A stretch of DNA of 63,242 nucleotides, the filler included, from Intoshia linei (Eukaryota > Animalia > Orthonectida): NCBI GenBank assembly GCA_001642005.1. It is 4 parts of 4 records of this genome, joined end to end, with 100 filler letters (N's around TTAATTAATTAA, not from the genome) between each part and the next. Parts side by side here need not be neighbours in the genome. Positions count along the whole stretch, not along the records: positions 47,002 to 59,299 come from LWCA01001104.1; positions 59,400 to 63,242 come from LWCA01002019.1; 2 more parts are not named here. One strand, given 5' to 3'. This document shows, in pieces, positions 53,501-63,242 of this stretch. The notes beneath the pieces are model-generated. The model saw nothing but the letters and a program-made list of their open reading frames with translations. It had not been told where the DNA came from and searched no databases. Made by a program: the position numbers and the translations under genes. The stretch's first letter is position 1, and every line of letters begins with the position of its first letter.

Positions 53501-56500
53501 AAATTGTAAAATAATCATAAAATAATATTTTTAGATAAAAGAAAATGTCGAAAAAAAATTAATAGTTATGACTAAAGAAAATTATTCTATTAAAAATAAT
53601 AAATCTTTGTTTGTGGTGACATGGAATATAGTTATGGAAAAGGTTTTTACAAATATTATTTAAATATATTTAAATAAACTAATATTTACTTAAAATAATG
53701 TCATACCAATTATAACCGTGGAGGGCCAGTAGCCTTTTTCAGAATAACCTTTTTTTTATTTTCAGACAGTTAATTATTTTAGATTTTTGTGTTAATAAAT
53801 TATTTCGGAAAAAAATATATGAATACGAAAGTGCTGTTTTTACCGTGAAGGCGTCACTTATTTGGAATGAAATTTTCTGTGTGTGTTAACAGAATCCAAC
53901 TGTACAATCTGTAAATTTTTTGAAATTTTAGGGCGGTTTTAAATAAAAATGAAGGGTAACTTTGCGTTTTGGCCCTGAAGATAAAATTTTTTTGAATTTA
54001 AATTTATATTTTTTTATTATATTAATTAATCAAATTTATAAATTTTTTTTGTTAACATTTGCGTAAAGACTTTTACGATTTAGATTTATGGGGTTGACAT
54101 TTATAGTTTGTATTTATATCAACTGAAATAAGCTCTATTAAAATTTTTTTTTTTAATTTTTGGACAGTTAATTATTTCACATTTTTGTGTTAACAAAATA
54201 TTTCGGAAAAAATTATATGAATATTAAAGTGCTTTTTTGACCGTGAAGGCGTCACTTATTCAGAGTGAAATTTTTTGTGTGTGTTAACAGGATACAATTG
54301 TACCACATGTAAAATGGGTTAAATTCTAGGGCTGTTTGCATCAAAATAAAAGGGTAATTTGTGGTTTTGGCCACGAAGATATATTTTTTTTTAAATTTAA
54401 ATTTATGATAATATTTATAATTTTAAAATCTGTATCAAAGTATATATTTTTTCAAATTCTCGAATTTGTTTGATTTTCAAAAAAAGGACAATTGGGGTTT
54501 TTGACCCGTAAGATGTGAGTTTGGGTGGTTGAAATATATCTTGCTAACACCCGAAAAAACTGTAATTGAAATGTGGACTTTATAAAATTCTAAGACTGGT
54601 AGTTATTTCCATAAACGATAACACACACACGCAGACAAACAAAGCATATTATATAAGTAAGGATATAATATACATTACTTTATATTGTATATTAATAATG
54701 TATATTAGGGTGTGCATTTTTTTAAAAAACAAAAACTATATTTACATATAGGTGTGTTTTTATGTTCTGATCACGAATATGCAAAAAATTATATGTTTAA
54801 TTATTAAGTTCCATTAATTAGATATGACACATTAGATTCTTAACTTGTATAAAAGTGTCTGTTTAATTCATTATTTGAAGGAACTTTGAAATTTTACGAT
54901 GCATTATTATTTATATATATTTTCCCTTGTTATAATATTGTATACTTTAGAAAAATTGCTGTGGAGTGTCAGGATATAAAGATTTTATTAAAATTCCACC
55001 AATTTGTTGCATCAAACCAGTGCCATGTAAATATAAGCAAGTATATTAAATTTTTACTATTAAATAAAATAACAGAATTATCAATATTTATTGAAAAATT
55101 GTGAATTGAAGTTTAAATTATTTATCACGATACTTTAGGGATGTTTTGATGGGATTATTGATGAAGCGATGCCTTATAAAAATATTATATTTGGTATTTT
55201 GATTGCATTCATTGTTATCGAGGTAATCATTAAAATTTTTTTTGATCGTTGTCAAAAATAATTAATTATAATTAATGTACACAAAGCGTATCACATATCG
55301 AAAAATTTACTGTTTTAAAACAACTTAATGGTTCATTTTGTTTGTTTCATGTTCATATGCGAAATTCAACAGTAGAAAAATTTTAATTAAAATATAGTTT
55401 TTGTTATTTTAACTCAAAGCCTAGGAGACCACTATTTTATTATTTGGAAAATTCCACTTTTATCCCACCATTAATTCAATAGTATATCATGTCAAATTTT
55501 TAACAGAAAAATTTGATTTTACCAAATTTTACGTCATCTCATCCATATCGTTGCCATAACAAAACATATACTAATACAGTCAAAATCTTATTTAACGAAA
55601 ATGGCAAAACGTTAAAATGGCATATTCGTTAAATGAATATAACGAAAATATTAGAAATATGCTGGTACACAGTGTGCCGCAAATAATGCAAACACATGTC
55701 TTAAATTTATCAAAATTATATTTAATATGAACAAATAATTAATAATTAACAAATAATTTTTTTTATTATATAAAAAGATTCCATGACTTAATAAAAGAGT
55801 CGATCTAATATTTAAAGCAGTGTTTCTCAACATTTTTTACTGCGCGGAACCCTTATGAAATTTTAAAAAATTGCGGCATCTAAAAGCATGATAAAATTTT
55901 TTTTTCGCATGTTGTATATATAAAACAATTTGATTTTTAATTAAAAAATTAATAACACACGGAATTTAGCCGGTAAAACCAGTTGCCTCCCTCACACAAT
56001 GAAGAAGCATCCAGGCCCGTGAGAGATAACTTTTTAGTTAAATATCATTATAAAGAGGTAAGTTATTTAAATTATTGCAAGAGAATTGGGCCTGTAAAAA
56101 CCCAACTTTTTTACAATATTTCTCATAAAAATAATCTGAATTATTTATTACTTTTTAACATCATTTTTCAAGTTCCCATATTTACAACGTATAATATTTT
56201 TATTAAAACTTTGATTTAAATTTGAGAAATGATGTTTCATTGCATACAACAGTAATTTAGAAAAACTTTAAATTGAAAAAAATCGCATTACATTTCACGG
56301 AACCCCTGCGTTCCACGGAACACGGGTTGAGAACTATTGATTTAAAGCCATAAAACTATCAAAATATTTTAAAAAACTCCTAAAGACTACTAAAAAAATA
56401 AAATAATATTGAATTTACGCGTTCGTTAATCAGAAATTCGTTAAATATAAGATATTTAGGCATTTATATAGAAAATAAAATTTCGACGTTCGTTAAATGA

Positions 56501-57189
56501 AATATTCGTTAAACAAAACATTCGTTAAATGAGATTTTGACTGTTATAATAAAATTATTAATACTGGAAGATTATCTTATTTTCCGGCAACACTGTGTGT
56601 ATCTCTGCTTAAGTTTAGTTATATTAAAAAATTTTTATATTTAATTGTTATTCAATTTTTAGTGTATACAATATGGATTTAAAATGGTCAAATAATATAC
56701 GATTATACGATATTTTTAATTTTTTTAACAACTTTTAAAAGAACAACCAAGCTATAACTTAATTCTACAAATTAAAGTGTATTTTAAGACAGTGAGTACC
56801 AACAAAAAAAGTTGTTTATCATAAATATAACCAAAGCCTGTGGGTCGTTGATACTTCCCTTAATGTGGGCGCGGATATTCAATTTTATCTTTAATTCTTG
56901 TAATTTCCTGATCATTAAAATATCAAATATTAATAATCCAATATATAATAAGTTTCGGTAACCCTAATTACGAATTTTTCATTTTAATCTTGTTGGGATT
57001 TCGATTCAAATAGTTGACATTTCCCTAATTAGGTTACATTTGGTTTAATATTTATAGATTATAAGGACTTTTACATTTTTATACATTTGAAATTTAAATC
57101 CAGTACAACACCTGTAATCCTTAATTTATGAATTTTAGGCTTTGATTATTGCATACTGCATGTATCTCATAATACGAAAAGAAGAATGA
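47584..57189 (+). CDS. Tetraspanin; exons 47584-47655, 51874-52107, 52151-52225, 53535-53642, 54951-55040, 55139-55222, 57139-57189
   Basis: Four TMs, GFIGIC in TM2, EC2 with W..VM-KNCCG, PPICC, C, GC (6 Cys). All introns are phase 0. Confidence 0.88.
49222..49784. repeat. ~195-bp inverted repeat with ~165-bp spacer
   Basis: 49222-~49420 is the reverse complement of ~49586-49784. A third, direct partial copy lies at ~48787-48907. Confidence 0.9.
50860..51743 (+). mobile_element. Internally deleted Tc1-like element
   Basis: TA-flanked TIRs CACTCCGTCCAC(T/A)AATTTTAAAGACAACATG; remnant LVFQQDNASCH...EWSALFPDIKPI*NVWG. Confidence 0.9.
52340..52466. repeat. AT-centred palindrome / foldback
   Basis: Perfect TCGCATTTAA(TA)nTTAAATGCGA at 52379-52420, plus outer 27-bp inverted arms. 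Confidence 0.85.
53740..54663 (-). mobile_element. Helitron-like family copy in tetraspanin intron
   Basis: Terminus acacacacac...gcatattatataagtaagga|t; inverted match to 8949-9480. Confidence 0.55.
55577..56543. mobile_element. pogo/Tigger-type MITE containing a nested hAT MITE
   Basis: TIR CAGTCAAAATCT(T/C)ATTTAACGAA at both ends. Confidence 0.75.
55818..56339 (+). mobile_element. hAT (Buster/Charlie) MITE
   Basis: CAGTGTTTCTCAAC...GTTGAGAACTATTG with a perfect TSD ATTTAAAG. Confidence 0.88.
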
Positions 57190-59299
57190 TTGGAATACAA
57201 TTATTTATTTTAATAAAATATCTTTTATATGTTCTAATAATCTTCATCCTTTGCTTTAACACAAATGTACACGCAGAAACTAACAATAAGCAACTAAAAT
57301 ATTTATTATTGTAATTACATATTATTATTATATATTATATTACAATTATTAGTGTATATATGAATGTTATATTCAGAACCCTGTAGAGTCAGCATTAGGC
57401 CCGGTCAGATGGAAATTGTAAAACCATAAAAAAATTTTTTTAAATATGGGAAGTATATACTCACTGAGTATTACTCAGTACAGTAAAATTCACAAAAAAG
57501 TCGTACTTTAGTTGTACTTTGTCGTAGTAAATAAACTTATAAATTGAACTTTAACTTAAATGTTAATTTTTCTAATCAAAAATTAATCAAAAACATATTT
57601 TGTTTCTATCAATAAAAGTACTTTTAGTACAAAAATATGGTTAGTCTAGTTTAGTAAATAACACTCAAAAAACTTTCTTAATAAAAAATATCTTATATGA
57701 TACTAAAACTTTTTACATGTGCAATGGCCAAAAATTGTTTTAATCTATCGTGTCATTTCTAAGCTATTGAAGTTTTAATTTTAATTAATAAATGCATTGT
57801 GGATATACAAAATGTCACTTAGAAAGTTATATTCCAATTTCGATTTATTGTACATCCTACTTGTGTAATAATTTATTACTAATACTAATATTACTTATTA
57901 CTAATAAATCTATTCAATTTTTTAATACATTGTACAATGTACATTAAGGTGTCACACCCATCAAAGAATCAAGGGCAATTAGCACTAAAAGTGTGTATTT
58001 TTAAAATAGAAAAACTAATTCGCAATCAAAATTATTTAACGCTATCTATTCGAGTTGCGTTTGTCATTTTAAATATCACTGTATTAATATTATGAAGAAA
58101 TTAAAACTGAACTTTATTTTAACGGAAATCGGCGTTTGAGCTTTTAAACGTAGTATCGCTTTTATAATACTGTTCTCCGTGTTTAGTTATACAGTTTATT
58201 TTTTAAATTTGTTTCTAGCTCAATTTTTTTGGATTTTATTAACGATTCAATTTCTCGAATTCTAGTTATTTACAATATAATAAATTCATTCAAATACAAG
58301 ACATTCACGATCTTGTTAGTCATGTTTGCAAAAATAAAGTCATGTTTGCAATGAATATGGTCAATACAGAGATTCCATAATATACCAAAATTTATTACAT
58401 ATTTTTTGTTAAAATAACTTAAGTTATTTTTAAGAAGCAATAGTTAAATTAATCTTTTACAATATATTCGGGATATATTTTTTTTATGATAAAATTCTTA
58501 ATTGGACATTTTTCGATAATTATATTTAAATTTTATTCAATGCATATATGAATTGCATATAATTTAGCAGATATGATCATTTATAAGAGTAATTTCATGA
58601 CAGATTTTGAAGGGAAATTTGAATATTATATCTGTTACCAAATTATTGTGAGGGTTGCCAATATAATTTTAATTTACATATTCCAATTGTTTCGTTATTA
58701 TAATATTTTTTTCGTAAATTCATTTTATTTAAATAAACTATTCCCTATTTTATATTATAATAAAAATAGAACCGCTTCGAAAACTGAGACCATTAAATGC
58801 TGTGTCAACCGTTTAAATTTATCATAAAATCTTAAAGGATAGAACCATTTTGATAAACCCTTTGTAAAGAAGTTTCGTGGTATTAATTTATAGAAAAATA
58901 TTTTGTTATAAACAAACTAAGTTTAAAATTGTATGTCGAATCGCACATAAAAAACGTCCACTTTGCCAAATATTTTGGGTAAAAGCTCATATGGTCATTG
59001 GTTATGTATGAATGCATGGAATGAAAGTGAATCCAAATTATAAAGATACAAATATAACCTTCATATATAATCTTCAAATATATTTTCTTCAGTTTACATA
59101 TCATAATTAAATGATAAACTATCATAAGGTCCACATTGACGGGCCATAAGACAATTTTTCTTTTTAATATAATAGTTTTTTTCACTTTTACTGGTACTCA
59201 ATATTTCTTTTTTATGTGGATTATCATTTTGTTCCCTGGCCATATATCTTGTTCCGATTTTTTGCTTCTCGAGAAAATCTATATCTTCACTAAGTGTCT

Positions 59300-59399
59300 N
59301 NNNNNNNNNNNNNNNNNNNNNNNNNNNNNNNNNNNNNNNNNNNTTAATTAATTAANNNNNNNNNNNNNNNNNNNNNNNNNNNNNNNNNNNNNNNNNNNN
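59300..59399. other. Artificial assembly spacer
   Basis: N44-TTAATTAATTAA-N44. Confidence 0.95.
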
Positions 59400-59615
59400 A
59401 ATATGTCTGATATGACCATCATAATTATCCAACTTGTTTCTCTAAATACTAATCAAAAATATGTTTGTCATCGGAAATTACTCTTTTATCAAATACACAT
59501 TTGTCCATATTTCGTAAAAATAAAAAAATAACGCACTTACAGTAAATATTCATAAAGATATAATGATTTATAATAAAGTTACAATAAAAACGACATTACT
59601 TATGAAACGACCTAA
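59400..59615. mobile_element. mariner terminus (same TIR as 47225)
   Basis: AAAAACGACATTACTTATGAAACGACCTAA|TA. Confidence 0.7.
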
Positions 59616-59739
59616 TATATATACATAATATAGCATTTAATGAAATATATAAATAATTTATAACAATTTTTCCTATACTGTATATTGTGGCTAACTACCA
59701 CTCAAAATACGTTAACCACTCTAAGTTTGGAAAAAAAAT

Positions 59740-61641
59740 CATAGTATAATTACTTGAACGGTAACTACCGGATATATAATTAAAATGTACTTTTTCTGTT
59801 TTCTGCAGTAATTGGAGGAATGCCCAGATTGCCTGCAGTATGTGCAGTAGAAAGTATTCCGTTTGACTGAAAGCTTTCTAGGATCGACTTTTTGTGATGC
59901 TTTTGCCTTAGCCAGTATTTCCGAGCGAAGATAAATTTTTATATTATCTATTTTGTCGCCGGGTAAAAGCGATACTGAGCTCTAATTGAGCCGGGTATAC
60001 GCCAGAGAAGTTCCTGCGTCACCATATAATCAACTTGCTCGTCCGTTAGTGTAGGCAGGAACTTATTCAGGTGGCACTACATTGCTGACATTTGTCCAGC
60101 TCTTCATCTTCCAACCCATCCAAATTTATGTCGACTCCAAGCTCATCATCTAGGCTAGCCAGAGCTAATCTGTTGTCATCTGTTATGGCATGCTTTGTAT
60201 ATATATTAACATACCATTGATCCGCCTCAATCTTATCTATGTATTCAGCTTCTTCTATCGTCTTTCATCAATATAGGAACACACCTTATCTAAAGATGGT
60301 ACCTGTATCAGCCTGACTCTACTGTCATGATGTACACATTGAATGTATCTTATAATCGAGAAAAGACAGTAGTATTTTAACGAATTAGTTTGTCGATAAC
60401 TTTATAGACTTTAGGTATAATATTTTCAGGACTTAGTTTGTCCAACGTTTAGGACGTGACTGCTCAAAAAAGTTTGAGAAGCACTGGTCTAGATGTTGAT
60501 GCACCCTCATTAACATTAGACATTTGTCTCACTCTATTCTCAACGTTTACGTTCCTAATTTTTGAATTTTTCATTATTCTATTCAAGGATAGTCGTTTTA
60601 TGGGTATGTTACTAATACCTGATGTTCCTACATTATCGGCACCTGCCGCTATTCCACCTTCCTGTAACTGTAGATCAAATTCCATATCTGGGTTAATCGT
60701 CGTATCATCTTGAGCATACCCGTTCCTGTTGACTCTATAATATGAATGGTATGCCCCGTGCCTATTATTCAAGTCTAGAACAACAAATACCTGAACACCC
60801 ATAATATCGAGGAACATAATATATCCGTGCGGCATCTGGTTAAACTCAGGTTGGTATGACGCAGCCATACTTAAAGATGGTGTATGCTCTCATAGCATGA
60901 CCATTGTTCCTGTCGTTCACTAAAACCCCATTTCGTATTCCTGTTGACCTTATAGTCATGACATCCGTCGATTTGAATTTTAGATTCCTTACTCCCCAGT
61001 CCCATATACGGTTGTAGGTTGCACCATCGGTGATGTACTCATCTCGTCTAAATGCACCATTAGGATCGTTTCTTATAGTTATATTATTCCTTTAGATTAT
61101 TCTCTTGAATCTCTTGAAAAGAGCCAATAACGTTTCTCACGTCGACTTCAACACGTGTAAACTCCGTGTAAGCCCGGTTGACCCTATCATGTAAATTATC
61201 TTGCCCATGATAAATTTCAACCATCAATTCTAGCCTTTTTTCCCCGTGAGGCACATCCTTACAGAGGACCATGGCTTTGCTTTTGTGGACGCCACGCAAA
61301 ATGAAACAAAATATTCTGCTCTTTTGTGTGACTGTCCACTCACCTATCTCCGACATATTTTGGAAGTTATCGAGATACACATCCGCTGGATCTTCTAAAT
61401 ACGAACGTTCCAAACGTCCCAGGTTATTAAATATTTGATTACCTCGCGGTCATTGAGCCACCTCCGTCACCCTTGGCGGTTCATGATTTTCTGAATCCGA
61501 ACTCGAACAGTCCAATCGTATATCTGAAGGTTTTGTCAATTCAACACATTGACAATGAAACCATTACCAGCATCGATCGCATTTGACTATGAAATCGTCT
61601 TCTATTTCTCTGCGATTACGATAACAAAACCTTCCCGTAGT
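59740..61641 (-). pseudogene. Decayed retroelement-like ORF: PHD finger + Gag-like + CCHC zinc knuckle
   Basis: GC-enriched block. FCYR...FIVKCDRCW*WFHCQCVEL...CSS is in frame with ORF 61413-61084. CTYCRQSGHSSNYC (CX2CX4HX4C) at 59805-59846. Several stops and frameshifts. Confidence 0.65.
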
Positions 61642-61649
61642 GTCTAGTG

Positions 61650-61966
61650 CAGTGGTTCTCAACTTATTTTTTCTTATTCCCCCCTTGAGTCATTAAATTA
61701 ATTAAATTAAATGCATTTATTTTAGAATATTTTTTACATTCTATAGATTCTATTATACTATTTTATTCTGGGGCGTCAGACTCAATTTACTTTGTGGTCC
61801 AAATTTAAAATAAGATAACAACATAAAATTTATATAATAACGAGGGTTGCATAATTGGCATTGCTGATATAGAACCATAATTATAAATTTAACTTAGATT
61901 TATAAATTTTTTAATAATAAATTTCCCCTTTAAAATAGTAAATTCCCCCCATTTTGAGAACCTCTG
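61650..61966 (+). mobile_element. hAT MITE inserted at the 5' end of the PHD-Gag ORF
   Basis: CAGTGGTTCTCAAC...TTGAGAACCTCTG with a perfect TSD GTCTAGTG. Confidence 0.88.
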
Positions 61967-62016
61967 GTCTAGTGGCTAGTTATAGCAACCATTAAACAAT
62001 AAACATAAAAATATAT

Positions 62017-62352
62017 ACAGTAGAATAACGAAAAAACGATAATTCAACTAACCATAACAATATAATAGAATGAAATTAATATACTATGAATGATATATAA
62101 TTATTATCTGAAGAATACAAACAACAAAGAATTGTAAATAATTTTGTGTTTTATTTATTTGTAGAAATCGAATTATTTCGAATTTTTCTGTGAAATTTAA
62201 TCTAGATCTTGTTTTTATTGAATAATCTGTGCTGTTCTCAGTTTTAATTTGAATCTTATTATTTTCATCAAATGATAAGTTGTAATTACCACGAATTAAA
62301 TACATAACATTTTTGGCCATTGTTCTTGTTCGCTTTCACAACCCAGTCTACT
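62017..62352 (-). mobile_element. pogo-like remnant
   Basis: TA|CAGTAGA end. ORF 62320-62084 contains the HTH-psq/CENP-B-like RSRLNFTEKFEII. Confidence 0.4.
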
Positions 62353-62396
62353 TATTATATTATTATGTTTTATAGTGTAATTTATAATTTATACAG

Positions 62397-63000
62397 CTCT
62401 TGCTGGAAACATAATACCTGCTATTGCTACAACGAATGCTGTGGTTAGTGGCCTCGTTGTTTTGAAAATGTTGGAAGTCTGCAGAAAAAAAACCATTAAA
62501 CTTCCAAAAGATGTACCAAAACATGTAATTTTTATTTTGAATAAATTAAGAGTTGTGTAACTTTCATTGAAAGAGATCGAATTTAGCGGATCGGTGGTTT
62601 TGAACCTTTTAGGTTTTGCGATCAAATTAAATAATTAAAAATTAAAATTAAATTAAAAAGATCAATTAAATAAATTATCAAAAATTTTAGCAATTTCTAT
62701 TTTTTTATAATTTATTGCAGCCCCGTTGAAAACACTGATGAATAGTACACAAAACAACCTGTGCCTCGGCAACTGTTTTTGGTCGCCCTGAAATAGCTTA
62801 GACTTTTTATTTCACAATCAAATCATTACATTAATTATGTTTAGACAATATTTGCTAAAAAACCCATGTCCTATGGAAGAATCATATACTCTTGTACAAC
62901 GTGCCCACCTAATGAACATTGTTACGTTTGTAAAGATAAAAACGAAATTTCACTGAAAATTAATTTTGATAAAGTTTCACTCAAATACTTTCAAGATGTG
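62397..63000 (+). CDS. UBA2: SUMO-activating enzyme subunit 2, internal exons 62397-62524 and 62845-63000 (partial)
   Basis: LAGNIIPAIATTNAVVSGLVVL...|TIFAKKP...CPPNEHCYVCKDKNEISLKINFDKVSL matches SAE2/Uba2. Confidence 0.88.
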
Positions 63001-63242
63001 GTTATGTATCAATTATGATTTGTCCATTTCATATATATACATTAGGGTGGTTCAAAAACAAGAAAATTTTTGAAATTGAGAAAGTACTTTTGATATTTTG
63101 ATAAGGGTGGTAAATAATGATGATTGGCAAAAAAATTGATACGATTCGATTAATTTTTTTTTTGTCACCCGAGCAGGGGAAATCTATAATATAGTATTTT
63201 ATAATATAAATATTTTAATAGTAACCGTGAAAATTAATTGAC

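Noticed and set aside
58780-59299. Coding-like stretch next to the third gap
   Set aside because: No consistent exon chain or recognisable motif could be built on either strand.
26714-63000. Functional 'meiosis/SUMO/nuclear pore' cluster (anillin, RNF212, Nup98, UBA2)
   Set aside because: UBA2 is separated by two artificial gaps, and there is no evidence of co-regulation beyond genome compaction.

Overview
Very AT-rich (~25% GC) eukaryotic (animal) genomic DNA. It has four segments joined by artificial 100-nt spacers (N44-TTAATTAATTAA-N44), so adjacency across the spacers is unverified. Intron sizes are bimodal: most are 27-60 nt, and a minority are kb-sized and filled with transposons. This plus fast-evolving proteins suggests a highly reduced parasitic animal such as an orthonectid (inference only). 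Spliced genes reconstructed by hand: Shaker/Kv1 channel, an orphan 322-aa gene, DYRK1/minibrain-like kinase, U2AF1, a short anillin-like gene, RNF212/Zip3-like meiotic RING protein, Nup98-Nup96, kappaB-Ras (NKIRAS), the 3' part of a single-pass membrane protein, a tetraspanin and part of UBA2/SAE2. Intergenic and intronic DNA holds many Helitron-like, hAT, Tc1/mariner, pogo and piggyBac-type elements, often nested. The most unusual items are: (1) a decayed PHD-finger + Gag-like + CCHC zinc-knuckle ORF inside the UBA2 intron; (2) a GLFG-free Nup98 with NIFN/SIFx repeats; (3) a shifted 5' splice-site consensus that nearly lacks +5G; (4) an N-terminally stripped anillin with a degenerate PH domain; (5) a DYRK1 lacking its DH box; (6) several alternative-exon and hairpin structures. 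There is no prokaryotic-type system (CRISPR, operon) here, and no single complete novel system could be demonstrated.
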